A DNA stretch of 63,329 nt, counting the filler, from Sphacelaria rigidula (Eukaryota), in NCBI GenBank assembly GCA_964200075.2. It is 8 parts of 8 records of this genome, joined end to end, with 100 filler letters (N's around TTAATTAATTAA, not from the genome) between each part and the next. Parts side by side here need not be neighbours in the genome. Positions count along the whole stretch, not along the records: positions 31,717 to 39,545 come from CAXNAA020013331.1; positions 39,646 to 47,473 come from CAXNAA020013332.1; positions 47,574 to 55,401 come from CAXNAA020013333.1; 5 more parts are not named here. The stretch is one strand, 5' to 3'. This document shows, piece by piece, positions 39,181 through 52,412 of this stretch; the first letter of the stretch is position 1, and each line of letters starts with the position of its first letter. Position numbers and translations under genes: made by a program. A model generated the notes under the pieces. It had not been told where the DNA came from. It ran no database searches and saw only the letters and a program-made list of their open reading frames with translations.

Positions 39181-41824
39181 CTAGCACCCGGGCCCATCGA
39201 TGGTTGGCTCAAGCAACGGATACAGTACTCGTCGTCACGCAAAGAGAGATAGAGACAACACAGTAATAGCGGAGAGACTCGGGAACCATTTCCGGGGAGA
39301 AAGGGGCGTGGTCGTCGTGGCGTCCGTGAACGGCAAATGAGCGGGAAAAGAGCCGAAGATGTGGGCGCTATGGTAGGAGTTGGCGCGTAGACTCCCGTGC
39401 CGCATCAGGTACAGTGTAGAGAGCGATGGCCTAGCACAGGTACGTTCTCGGCCGATCGGTGGCCCAGATAAGGTGTGTGTTGTGTGTTGTGTGTTGTCGT
39501 CCCATTTATTCTGGGCACCAGTCTACACCTTTCGGTGTATGTGGGNNNNNNNNNNNNNNNNNNNNNNNNNNNNNNNNNNNNNNNNNNNNTTAATTAATTA
39601 ANNNNNNNNNNNNNNNNNNNNNNNNNNNNNNNNNNNNNNNNNNNNGTGAGCTGCATCCTTCTAATATTGTTCGGTCCTAAGCCTACTGATTATCTTGCGT
39701 TTGGATGACAGCCTACAATGACTTGCTTGATTTTCTGGTGTTGCCACTTCCAGACACAGCCACGGCTTATACACTGCCTCATGGGCGCACCAGGGGTGAA
39801 ATATAAGGAGAAGTTTCTATACAAGTATTCACTGCCGGGATTCGATGAGGCAAAAAAATATGCCGACTACCGGGGACAGCCGCAACAGAAAAAAAATAGA
39901 GTACAGCACGGCATAGTTCTTCCCGATGCTATTCCACCGGGCAGCCGTGGCATGAGCTTGAGGATCGTATTATTTTCGGCGGCAGAACTGAAAAAATAAA
40001 TAGACGAGGACGAGAACACAATACATCCAAACCCGTGGATAGCAAAAATACTATGGAGTACGACGTAGTGAGTTGCGTAGGTCCAGACTTTTATTTCTCC
40101 TTCCGCGCCGTGGTTTGGACAGTTACTTGGGAAGAAAAATGAGGGTTTCATCGTTTGCCTTCGGTGGTACACGACAACCGCGAGAAGGTACATGGAGTCG
40201 GATACTCGAAAGAGAAAGGCAGAACGCGGGGGCTCGTACGTGAAACCAATTGCCAAAGCAATCTTTTACCCCAGTGTGTGCGTGTCGCAAGGTTGAGGCT
40301 ACCTGTCGGTTGACTTGATTCCAACCTCTTATTGTCGAGCGTACGTGGTGTTCTGGTCCCATCTACTCTGGACGCCAGTCTACACCTTTCGGTATATGTG
40401 AGCGCACCAGCCGGGGTCACACAGGAAGAAGGCCTACACGGGGGATTTTATTTATGTTTTGTTTTAGCCCATCACCTTCTTTCAGCAGTCCCTTTCCCTC
40501 GTCGACCATGGAAACCTCGGAACGATCTTGGCTTTTTTCTCACGCCCCAGGAAATGTGCAATGTGGATCGAAGCACAATCTAGACGTGAGGTCTTTTAGA
40601 CCTGGTTCCTGAAACCAGCTACATTTGCATTTTTCATACGAGCTGGACCAGTTGATCGTGGTTCTTGTCCGTAATCGGGTGATCCGGTGGTCAATTTGAG
40701 GAGTTTAGCGCTGGGGCTATCACACATTTTTTATCATCAACACGCGCAACATCTCCGAGGATGCCAAGAAAAGGGAGGTAGCTAGTGCAATTCGAAACCT
40801 CAGGAAAACCCGGGAAATGTCCCAACTCCATGGAAAAAAATAGCGGTGTTTCCCTCGTCACGAATTTTGTACTTGCGCGCAGAACATCTGGGTAATATTT
40901 CGGCTACAAATCCTTCAATTGGGCCAGCGTAGGACGTTTTGTGTGACACGGCTGCGCCCCCGTAATCCAAGTGATCCAGGAGGCGCCAGTTATGGAGGTC
41001 ACGAGTTCAAATTCAGACACATCATTTTTTTTTCTCTTCCACAATCTGGTTCCATCGTTAAGGTCATTCATTTTGCAGTACACTTTTCCATTTCTTTTTA
41101 AGCGGTAATCCGTGCACGTCTACGTGTGACTGGGTTGGTCTGCCGTTCACAGCGGTATGCTTAAATTGGCTGATTCGGGAAGCCGAAAGAGTTGTCGTGT
41201 GCTGAGGAGTTATACGTTTCACGACTGGCCCAGCTCGTAATAAATTTCAAGACCTGGTTTCTGGAACCATCGATTATGCCGAGGCGTTGTATGATCATTT
41301 CTTCGTGGCGGTGTTTTGGCCCTTTGCTGGAGGGGGCTACCGAGGCATCACCCCGGAGGAAAACTGTAACAATGGTGCAGGTCGATTAATAACGCCGGAC
41401 CGTGGAGCCCCGCATAAAGTGGGGGACATCGTTGTGTCGTCGAAAATGCGCCAGTATAGACGGTGATTGAAAATTGTACAGCAGCAGTTTGAGCATGTAC
41501 AAATATTGCCGCATAGAGTCAAAACAGACCTGGTGACGTTGACTTGCAATCGAACGGTCTAGAACAAACGCTGGTCGTAAGTTGGTGAGTATGTCCAAGA
41601 GGGAGTTACTTAATCACGCCAGCGCAACAAGTGTATCGATGGGCTCGGGGCCCGAAGACGTCCAACAAAATCTCAGCGGGTTTGCCATTTGTGTTCCTGC
41701 CTCGTGAACAGACGAGCTTCTCTCGGCGGCAATCGCTGACGAATACGCGTAAAATGGAGCAAAAAAGCATGGAAACCGGGGCCTTCACTTCACAAAGCAA
41801 AGAAAAACTTTCTAAATGAAGCAA

Positions 41825-42087
41825 CAATTTTTTCGTGAGATTGAGTAGAGAGCGCTGATTGAGAGTGGGTTGTATCATTCGCTTCAACCTTGCAAATATT
41901 TCATTCCGTGTGTGCCTTTCTTTGCCTGATTCGCTGGCGTGCGCTCAAAGCTACGCGTCGATATCCTACTCAGGGATATCACGGGCTTCAGTGGCAAGCT
42001 ACTTCAAAGAGCATATCGTGCCTCGTGGAGGGGCATTTCGGAACTGGAACGATTCATTCACTGACTGACCGTTTCTCACTCTCAATC
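41825..42087. mobile_element. ~280-bp MITE, family copy 1 (others at 52137-52412 and 58373-58652)
   Basis: Shared core tcgatatcctactcagggatatca.gggc.tcagtggcaagctact and TIR AACAAT.TTTTCGTGAGAT.GAG. Confidence 0.8.
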
Positions 42088-43496
42088 GTATCCTCTACTG
42101 TCAATCTCACCAAAACATTTTTTATCCGTATTTCCCAAGCCGGGGCTTCACAAACAAAGAAAAACAAATTCCAACATTATTTACTGCGCATACCTGCCCT
42201 CGAACCTTGCCGCTTCGAGATCCACGTTCCTCGATCCTGCACAAAACGATCGTGTACAAGAACAAGCACGATGATATTCTTCACATAAGTACACGGGCAC
42301 ACGACCGACCCGCCAATAAAACCAACGAAAAAAAAATATATATATATATATATAGTACAAGATCGTTTTCTACAGAGCGCGGGGACCCAACCCGTGGCGG
42401 GTGCAGTGATCAAGAGTATTAACGGGCTCATAGGATCACCGTTTATTCTGAAATACTGTACGTTCGAGTCCGCCGGAAATACCAGCAGACGGTCGTGATC
42501 GAAGCACTTTGGAACAATGATTAAATGGGCCAGGTGGGGCGATGAATTGGGGTGAAACTCGGATGGAAACAAGTAATTCTCCCTCAAATCTATTATTTTA
42601 TTGTGTGAAAGTGCCTGCATATATGCGGGTATCCTCATCTTTATACTTGATACCGTTTCTTTCCCGCCAGAGAAGACGATATATTTCATTATTTTATGTA
42701 CGATTCTCATCAATATGGTAGGAAATCCCCGTCGTTGCTGAACAACCTAACGGTACTGTTCCTTCTTCAATGACATGCAGACTTTTGTCTCATCGACTTT
42801 CTAAGTTCGACACCGACTGTGGTGCTCCACTTGAAGCAGTAATGCTCCACAGTATCAATGGCATCCAGCCCAGACAAGAAATCATAGTGGGAAGGGGTGT
42901 CATTACAATCAACACGGACAACTGGCGCAGCAGGCGTTGATCCTCCGCGGAGGAACCAGAACAGGGCTGGAGGAACGTCACTGCGCAGATCGCAAGCGAT
43001 TGCTACACGAAACCTGCCCTCTCGCGGAACTTGATGACTAAATTGGTACTGAGCTCCCAGAGCTGCGGGCGCCCCTCTGTGCACACGAGTACTGCACTGT
43101 TGACTGTGTCTGGCGTGGAACTAGACTTCCCTGACGTGTCACTTTGTTAGATAGCAAAATACCCCGCAAGAGCTAAGCGAGGTGGAAATCACTGGATCAC
43201 CGAAATATTCACGTGCAAACCTTGTTCCACCCCACTCGAACTTGCTTTTGGAAGAAAATCATAGCGACCCACTCCCGTGGTTTTCAGACTGACATGGCGT
43301 CTACCCCGGACGTTCTGATACCGACCGTAAGAGGACTTTGCCCCCTGCCAGGGAGCTTTGCGGGAATCTTTGGCAAAACCACAGTTCGCAGTAGAGAACC
43401 CTAAAATCGAGCTGTCGCGCGAGTTGGAGCGGGGGAGCTGAGCTCAGTACCGTCAGATATATAACGGAGTCCGAAGGGTGCTTGCTAGCTGGAAGT

Positions 43497-44539
43497 GGGT
43501 ACATCACCACCTATTTTAGCCCGAGCGTAGGTACAGGCAACCGCGCCAGTTGGAGCTGTACGTGCTAGGCCCAAATCACTCCAAAAACAATTCCGACGAA
43601 AAGGCGAGGCACCCACAGCCATTGCAGAGCATCTACACCAGCTTACACGAAAAAAGAGTGCGATCTAGGGCCGAACTACACCGCGGGAAACAAGGGCCTC
43701 GCAGAGTTCCCTATATTGTCCTACAACGGGTCAGGTGTACCTAGCAAAAACCACTAACTTCATCGTATACCTCATTGCGTCTCATGCTGTCTCATCTCAT
43801 GTCCGAAGTGTTACCCTATATGACCAATATCGCCCTTCCACAGCCGCCGTCCAACCCACCGCACGGCACAAAATCGAATGGCCGGAGGATATCCCCAATT
43901 CTTATTTTTACCTCTTTCTATGGCCTGCGGCAAGAATGGCGAGGAAGATTACGGTCGGAGATGTCTCCGAACGCTCGCAAGAGGGTGTTCCGTATTTCGC
44001 AGCCTGTGCCGTTTGCCACCGGTCGTTCGGTGTGTGAATCACCCTTCTACGGGTCTCGAGTCTCCAGGCCGTAAAACGAGGTGAAAAAAAGCATGGGCTC
44101 TCGAGTCTCTAGGTCGTAGAAAGAGGTGGAAATAAGAATTAGAGATGTCCTTCGGCCATTCGATTTTGTGCCGTGCGGTGGGTTGGACGGCGTATGTCGA
44201 AGGCCGATATCGGTCAGAGAGAGTAACACTTCGGACATAATATGAGACAGAATAAGACACAATGAGGTAACAGGGAATCTAGTAGTTTTTGCTGGGTACA
44301 CCTATCCCATTGTCGGACAAAATAAGGTTGTGTGCGAGACCTTTGTTTCCCGCGGTGCTGTTCGGTCCTAAATCGCACTCTTCTTTCGCGACAGTTGGTT
44401 TAGATGCTCTGCAACGGCTGTGGGCGCCTTGCCTTTGCGTCGGGAATAATCCTCGAGTGGTTTGGGCGTGGCACGTACAGCTCCAACTGGCGCGATTACC
44501 TGTACCTACCTCTGGGCTGAAATAGGTGGTGACATGCCC
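43497..44539. mobile_element. ~1.04-kb foldback-type element with ~430-bp inverted arms
   Basis: 43497-43930 is the diverged reverse complement of about 44110-44539; termini GGG...CCC. Confidence 0.8.
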
Positions 44540-45227
44540 ATTTTTCGCTCCTGCCTCCCCAAACGAATCTGGAACTTCTGATAGCTACCGTTTCAACCCA
44601 GACAGCGCCCTGAGCGCCCAACGACATCAAAAGTGTTGCTTCGACACCCACCTGTGGCCTCGTCCAACATACTCTCGAACTTTCACAATAATCACATGCG
44701 AGGTGCGCCCTGTCTGGACGCCTGACTCTCTAAAATATCGCCTCCATATTGTCGAAAAAGAACAACACCGCTCAACAGACGTCCATACATATACGTGAAA
44801 CCTTCTTTTTGTTTGTCTTAGCCGCGAACAAATAGAAACCACCAAGATTCCACAAACTAGCACCTCATATTTTCATGTAATTGAATACAGAATGATGAAG
44901 CTCATCCCAAAAATAAATGACGGGCACGAATATGCCAATATACGGTCACCCCCCCCCCCAATCCCCTCTCTCCTCCCAAGCCCCTCACCTGTATACAATG
45001 TCCATGCCGTACAACACCTGTCCGAATACTGTATGCCGGCCATCAAGCCAACCGCACGGCGCGGTCGTGACAAAAAACTGGCTCCCGTTGGAATTGGGAC
45101 CAGAGTTGGCCATGCTCAAAACCTGTTAAAACGGAAGAGCCAACAGCGATGTCAAGATACGCAACGTTGAAAAAAAACAAAAATCATGCCAGGCGCTCGT
45201 GCGAGAAGGAACCCCTTCCCCCCCCTA

Positions 45228-45705
45228 AAAATATGGAATTGCGATTTCGGGTGGGGGACCTGGCACTGCCAGAAAGGAGGAAGCGATATACCAGTCGTCG
45301 AAAGGAGGAGGAAGAAGATGGACGGAACTGCCTTTGTGGCAAAGCAATAGAGAGCAGAAGTCATATAGTGGCAGAATGTGAGCTTTACAAGGAGGAACGG
45401 GACGTGCCAGTGCGGGCCGTGAACGAAGATAGCATGAAATCGTTTGATGCATTAGACAGTAGGAGAAAACGATGGCTATACTAGGGGATGGATGGTGGCC
45501 AGAGACGGCGAAACAGGACGGGGATAAGATATGTAAAAAAATGTGTGCAATGTATGGAAGAGACGTGATGAGCGCCGGAATGTTGAAGCTGTCTCTGTTA
45601 GGAGTAGGAACGGGGCTCCTTCTCGAAAAGGATGCGTGGTCAATGGTCAAACGACTACGGCAAGCAACAAATGAGTACGCTTCCCCCTCCCCCCCCTTCC
45701 CTACT
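45228..45705 (+). pseudogene. 5'-truncated LINE: ORF2 C-terminal zinc-binding region and 3' end
   Basis: RFRVGDLALPERRKRY...CLCGKAIESRSHIVAECELYKEER (C-x-C...H-x4-C) and a tail encoding GCVVNGQTTTASNK*; C-rich tracts on both flanks. Confidence 0.85.
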
Positions 45706-46330
45706 CCCTGAAGATGATTTTGGTGCGGTCGCAACATCGATTGACTGGTACGCGTATGAGCGTTCTTGTGACACAACACACAAAAACAAGCATCAGCCAA
45801 ACAGCGAGTGATTATCACGGTGCAGTTCAAGAGGTGATAACGATTGACCTAAATTTTTTTCAAGGTCTTTAACCGTAGCTTGTATACCGATTATTATCCA
45901 TCACCCGGGGGGAAACCAGAACCCTAACCTCCACTCTCTTCAAAAATACGCCACCTTCACTACCATGTAAGCTCCCATTCGCGAAAACAAATGCTCAGAC
46001 GATAACTCTCAACTGCGTGACTTTGGGCGTTGGCGTGGCCGTAGTGCTCCACCCGAAACTCCGAGAATGAGTTTCTCACCAACCCCGGTGGCATATCATA
46101 CTCTTTATAGGGCCCACGGTAATCCTAACTCAGTTTGCACTGGGAAACAATACAATATTTGACATGCACATTGCACGCGCACACAGGCGCGCGCACACAC
46201 AAACTGCTTTGTATTTCAGCACTGAAAATCTTCAGTCGTTAGTTGCGCAAAAGGGTGGAGCAGAAAAAATCTTGGCGGAACTCCCCCCCCCCCCCCACCC
46301 CTCACCCATCCAGAACAGTAATATATATTA

Positions 46331-47380
46331 CACCGTGGACAAAACAAAATGTAACATATATTGCCCGCTCAATATGTCGACGCGTCGGGTGGTCAATATA
46401 CCGGTATATTGGGCGAGCAATATAATGGCACGAGAGACAGGCCAATATATTTCGTGCCATCAATCTGTCGAGGCTCGCGACATGCAATATATATCGACCG
46501 AACAATATATCATGATACGCGCCACCTCAAGATATATTGGCCCAGTAATATATTGGTGCGGTAAGGGGCGAATATATATTTGTCAAGTAATACATTGGTT
46601 GCCACATGAGGTTCATGTATCTTGAAGATTCAATATACTCAACACCCGAAGTGCCAGTATATATTACCGCCCCAACATGTCGTGCGTCAATGTGTCCAAT
46701 ATATGATGGGGCGAACAATACACGAGGGAAGCGACGGTGACAATACATATTCGTGGAGCAATATATATATATGTATATACATATTCATGATTCAACATAT
46801 AGATTGGAAAGTGCATTGGAATTAGTATGGAGGGTAGTTTCACGTTCGCGGGTGCCATTGAAAGATGTATCACCACATGCCGAAAACGCTCAATATATTC
46901 CTCCGCGAGCGTGTTCAATACGTATTGGCTGCGCAACAGCTATGCGATGAGCGTCCGCAAAATATATTGGAAACACAATACTTCTTCATGGTTTGTGTTC
47001 AATACATATTATGGTGACAATATGTTACGCATCGCTTCGACTCAATATATCTCGACACATCAACACATGCACGCCCGGCGTGCACAATATATATTTCATG
47101 TTTTGTTCCTAGAGCAAAAACATAACCGATAAATAATGTCGTGCATTACTTCACGATCATGACACGAAAAATATGTGTTATTGCTTCAATATCTCCGAGG
47201 ACATCTCAACACCATCTATATTGAAAGGACAATATCTGCGCTGCCTCCAATACAAAGTATGGGTATCAGATTGGAACATACTATTTTGTTCAGGGTATAA
47301 GCAACACAGCACCGGTGACCACAGGGCTACCAAAAGGCGCATATCGACCCGAGTTCTCTGCCATCATAATGTTGAGCCAA
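46331..47380. mobile_element. Second, truncated copy of the CAC...TGGACAA element, inverted relative to 1479-4407
   Basis: Starts CACCGTGGACAAAAC; reverse complement aligns to 2255-2661 and 3950-4407 without the nested insertion. Confidence 0.8.
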
Positions 47381-47573
47381 TGAATATTAGACCCACTTTT
47401 ATGGCAAGCACGAATCTTGATTTTTTCAGAATCGGGAAAAAAAAAAATCGGGGAACGCATTTTATGGACACGGNNNNNNNNNNNNNNNNNNNNNNNNNNN
47501 NNNNNNNNNNNNNNNNNTTAATTAATTAANNNNNNNNNNNNNNNNNNNNNNNNNNNNNNNNNNNNNNNNNNNN

Positions 47574-47661
47574 GGTTTGGGCACGGGTGGAGTTTACGCA
47601 GAGTTCAACATAGCCTACGCGCTTTGGTGCACTCTGCGTAAACTCCACCCGTGCCCAAACC
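47574..47661. repeat. Perfect 31-bp inverted repeat (hairpin) at contig start
   Basis: GGTTTGGGCACGGGTGGAGTTTACGCAGAGT ... ACTCTGCGTAAACTCCACCCGTGCCCAAACC. Confidence 0.9.
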
Positions 47662-48599
47662 TACTTGCCGGCCAAGATGCTTCCCTCATCACCACTTACC
47701 ACTACGACTGCTGGCCCGTGGGGACCGGGACGTGCTCTCTGGTCTCATGTAATTGACCTCCCGGGGCTCAATCACCTGGGCGACTCAGCCCCGGTCGGAG
47801 ATCGTAGCGGCGTCCTTTCCCTTGGCAGCGTTGGTTGACAACATCACTACCGCTCCCGTCCCTCCCAGATCAACCAGGAAGTCAATATTGCCCCGTTTCG
47901 GGTCCCTACGGGATGCATTCCGTCGCTGTCCCCGATGAAAGGTACGCACCAAGTCGCCATGACGCACCGCGGACATGGCCTGCTTTTTCGTCAGGTTCCT
48001 GTGTGAACCCAGCCCAGCTCGGATGTGCGCTAATCGGTGCTCAAGAATGTCCTGCATGTTACGCGATGTCCTGCATGTCACGCAGAGGAAAGCATTCACA
48101 CCTGTCATGGATGAACGACAATAACGATCAACTCCCGCAAACATGTGCCGACATGCATCGGGAAGCATGGGGCATTAACGGCGCCATGCCGTGAGCACAC
48201 ACCTTTGATGCTATCGCGCAGAGCCGGCGACGCTTTGGTCCCAATTTGGGCAATTGCGAAAAACCGTTATACCGCTTGCATTTTAGCCAAAACCTGGTAT
48301 TGCTGAACTCCACTTCAGAGATGCAACGAATGCTGTCGCCTGATTGGCCAAATCACGCCGCCAACGCAGGAGCTGAAGGCCCGCCACGGCAGAAAGCTTA
48401 TCCGATGGACTTTGGAGCAAGGGGAAGATCGCTCAGCAGCTGGGCCGGGCCTCAATTCGAGGGAGCTGCAGGTACTCAAGTCGGTAGCACCGCGTTGGGT
48501 AGGATGTACGGCCTTGGATTCCCAAATCCAATGGACTTCAGTGCGGGTGCTGATGTACGAAGACAAAATAACACCCAAAGTACGTTGATACTACTGAGT

Positions 48600-49110
48600 G
48601 TCGATTTCAAACATCGGAGGCTTGACAAATTCGTCCCCTCGACAACATGAAGGGCTTTGCGTGGGTGAGTTTTGAGCGTGAAGTTCAGCGGTATGCTTTT
48701 ATGTGCGGTTTCGACGAGGGATTGATCAGAGACTCAGCGCTTTGTGTTGATCCTTTGAATGAGCAGCAGCCACCGGGGTTGGGTGGCAGTTCGGACCACA
48801 TCGAACGAGCACGATTTTGTTGTATTTTGTTGCTCGAGACTGCTAAGGATAAGGTCGTTGGACACATACTCTTCGAGTCGCGATCACCTTCCACAGCATG
48901 GCGTGCTTTGGATGAGCAGTTATTTCCGAAAACATGAGGCTCAAAGATGGATGTTTTGGCAGAGTTCAACAATCAAAAGTGCAGCAAGGGTCAAGACACC
49001 GATGAATTCTGGATCCGAACACAATCGTTGCAGTCGCGTGCTAGGTCGCTGGGGTAGGAGATTGCTCAAGAGATTGTGGTAAACAAGTTTCTCAATTTCC
49101 TTCTCTCTTG
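48600..49110 (+). pseudogene. Ty1/Copia gag (UBN2-like) fragment
   Basis: SPSTAWRALDEQLFPKT*GSKMDVLAEFNNQKCSKGQDTDEFWIR...LG*EIAQEIVVNKFLNFL; in-frame stops. Confidence 0.75.
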
Positions 49111-49946
49111 AGTACACCACTGTACGAAATCAATTATATTTTGAGCCGTCATTGCTGGCAGATAGTGCAAGACCTGTTGTCGAAGATACATATCTGTCTC
49201 TCAATAGAACAGGCGGTTCGCGTAGGACAGATCACAACCATGTCCGCTGTACAGGCAACGAAGGTTCCATCCCGTTCTCATTCAAAATAATTCTCTGTTA
49301 CTAGGCAAACAGAGCAACACGGCGAAAACAAGTGAAGAAGAGATAAGAATGTAATGGAACGGGAAAATGAGAGCAGGAGAGTAGGAACATCAGTAGACGG
49401 TCACGTTGGAAAAAAGCCGATGCTCAGAAACGAACACGATCGAGTTTCATACACATCGCACCATCCCCTATAGACGAAGATTTCAATTGTGGACGATTCA
49501 AAGTTTGGAGAAAAAAATATCGTACCCATAGGAACAACACGTAGTTGAACTCTGACTCTGCAGTATAATCAAGCAGCCATCGGAAAGACGATGGGCTGGA
49601 GTAGATCCAAACTACACCTCGCAAACAAACTACTGACATGACCAAGTCGTCGACTTGCAGTCACTAATGCCGCGGCGAATATGAGCGTTCGGTCATTTGG
49701 TTGGTGTATCACTTCGGCCTTGTGTCGTTCTCCACGCCGCACTAAATTTCAATTGTTTTCAATTCTTTGCCGCTTCATGTCACGTTGCGACTATTACATC
49801 AAACAAGCACTCGATAATTACTCTACGCACGTACGGGGGAAACGTCAGTCGCTGTATCCCCCCGCTCCGCCCGTTTCCCCCCTGAAGAGCACCAGTTGTC
49901 AACATCAGCAGCCTGGATGTCTTCATTTCAAGTGACGGGTACCGTC

Positions 49947-50335
49947 GTGTGTGTGTGTGTGTGTTTGTGTGTATGTGTGTGTATTTGTGTATGTGTGTGT
50001 TGTCGTCCCATCTATTCTGGACGCCAGTTTGCACCTTTCGGTGTATGTAGGCGCATCAGCCGGGGTCACACAGGAGGGAGGCTAACACTGGAGTGTTCCC
50101 TTTTTTGCTTATTTTTGTTCTTCCACTTCCTTCTGCGATGCTCGCCTCTATTTTTTTATCGCCAGAGGGGTTCAGCAGTGCGTTTCCTTTGTCGAGAATT
50201 TCGTGTACCCACGACGTCGTCGCTCTCCACTGTTGGACATGACGTGAAAAAAAATCTAGATCGCTGCGAGGTTCGAACCCATGACCCAAACGTCAAAAGG
50301 TTTCGAGGTTATCAACTGAGCTACCGCCGGATGGA
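49947..50335 (-). mobile_element. tRNA-derived SINE family 1 with (CA)n 3' tail
   Basis: rc head CCGGCGGTAGCTCAGTTGATAACCTCGAAACC...GGGTTCGAACCTCG; (GT)n at 49947-50000. Confidence 0.8.
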
Positions 50336-50554
50336 CAGGAAATAGCGAGGGTGCACTCTATGCGACCAAGCGTTCCGCCTTGCCTCTAATCTTAGCCACG
50401 TTAGCTCTAAGCTTGCGGTAGAGTAACACACCCGTGGAACCTTCACTTCAGCTGGCTGGATCGGCGCCACTTCGCGGAATGGCCGGTGTGTCGGGCCTGA
50501 AGTACCTCCAGCACAACGGGTGTGCTTGCCCCCTTCTTGCATGGAGGTGCTGGA

Positions 50555-50938
50555 CCCGGTTCCCGCACCTCCGCTGCCCTTTGACGCCGCCGTGCTCGTC
50601 CCGCCGAGGATGCCGTCATCTGAACTTCCGTCCTCCTTCCCCAGAGGAACTTCCAAGACCATCCTTGAGAAGGGGAGAGTTGCTTGTACTGTTGCAGTTT
50701 CTGTTGTTACCTTCGCCGCCAGGTTGCTTCGCGCCGGACCCCTTGGCGGTGGTCGCGACGGCTGGCGTCCTGTGGTACCCACCGCTCACCAGTGTACTTA
50801 ACGACAGTGACCGGGTTGCCGCACCTCCTGTGACCTTCGATGCCGCCGTGTTCGTCCCGCTGAGGATGCCGTCACCCAAGTTGCCCATCTTTGTCCCCAC
50901 CGGGGAACCTCCAAGACGATTCTTGAGAGGGGAGGAAA

Positions 50939-50969
<31 letters not shown>

Positions 50970-51340
50970 ACCTTCGACGCCAGGTTGCTTCACGCCGGAC
51001 CCATTGGCGACGGCTGCGGCGGCTGGCATCCTGCGGGACCCACCGCTCACCAGTGTACTTGACGGCAGTGACCGGGCGGCTGCACCTCTTCTGCCCTCGG
51101 ATGCCGCCGCGTTCGTTCCATCGAGGATGCCGTCACCCGAGCTTCCGGTCTTTGTCCCCACAGAGGAACGTCCGAGATGGTTCTTGGGAGGGGGAGAGTG
51201 GCTGTTACTGTTGCTGTTACTGTTTCTATTACCTCTGCCGCCAGGTTGCTTCGCGCCGGAACCGTTGGCGGCAGCTGCGACAGCTGACGCCGAAACGCTC
51301 ATCGGTCCGGTTGACGGCAGTGACCATATTGGGGGTGCCT
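50555..51340. repeat. 261-bp tandem repeat, about 3 copies, largely open on both strands
   Basis: ccaggttgcttc(g/a)cgccgga recurs with AGGTTG at 50721, 50982 and 51243; the period is 87 codons. Confidence 0.9.
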
Positions 51341-52136
51341 CGTCGCTGTGAGCGGTACCGGTGCCCGTTACAGACCCGCTGCTGCCCTCATCATTGCCAC
51401 TGCTACCCATTCCGAGCTCCTGAGGCCGTCGATATTGGGGGTGAAACCAGGAACGCGACGAGTTGGTGGGAGGCCAGAATGTGCCAAATCAACGCATCAA
51501 GTGGCAAGTCATGTTGTAGCAAATATCAGCGACGGACACGACCCCCAATGGATGGTCGTGGGAAATACGTTTCACGAAACGTCCTCGGGTCACTTAGCGC
51601 GGAAGATGGGGTAAGAACAATTGCCACATACACACCTCAAACTCAAGAAACGACGGATATTCGAGCAGTCTTCGAGTCTTGCATGCAACCCCACTACTTA
51701 TCAATGGTCAATGGCCGAGTGAATAAGGCAAGCAAGAAACGAGTACGCCCCCTACACTGCATCAGTAAAAGGACTTAAGGCACAAATCAACCCGTGATAC
51801 GACTGCCGGTTGTCCGTCCGTCTCTCTCCCATACTCAACGCGGCAGTCGCGGATGGGTGAACATGCAGATAACGGTACCACGGCACAACATCCACTTCTC
51901 TTTGCTTCGACTCATACGTCGTCCGTGCGTGCAAGCGTCGTCCTCACCTCGTCGATGGTGACGGGGGGCGACAACTGCTCAGCGCAGAGCTGAAAGGCAC
52001 TCGGGTGGTCATCGCCACAATCGCTGATGACCATTTCGATAAGGTCTGGTGCAGAAACACATCACCAGGTGGTGCAGTGCTGGACGGGGTCGGGCGGTGG
52101 GAAGAGGGACGGCCAAGTGCGTCGGTATCGAATTGA

Positions 52137-52412
52137 ACAATTTTTTCGCGAGAATGAGAGTGAGAAGCGATCAATCAATGATTGATCCGTTTCAGTTCCG
52201 AAATGACCCACGATGCTCGATGCGCTGTCTGTAGTAGCTTGCCACTGAAGCCCTTGATATCTCCAAGTAGGATATCGACGTGTAGCTGTGAGCACGCGCC
52301 AGCGTTACAGGCGAAAGAAAAGCGCATACGGAATGAAAATTGGGCAAATTCAAGCGAATGATGAGGTCCACTCTCAATTAACGCTCTACTCTCGATCCCA
52401 TGAAAATATTGT
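52137..52412. mobile_element. ~280-bp MITE, family copy 2
   Basis: Reverse complement of 41825-42087; colinear with 58373-58652. Confidence 0.75.

Noticed and set aside
48020..48100. C2H2 zinc-finger-like FLCVTC...EHRLAH on the minus strand
   Set aside because: Spacing is off by one and there is no supporting context; could be chance or a decayed TE.
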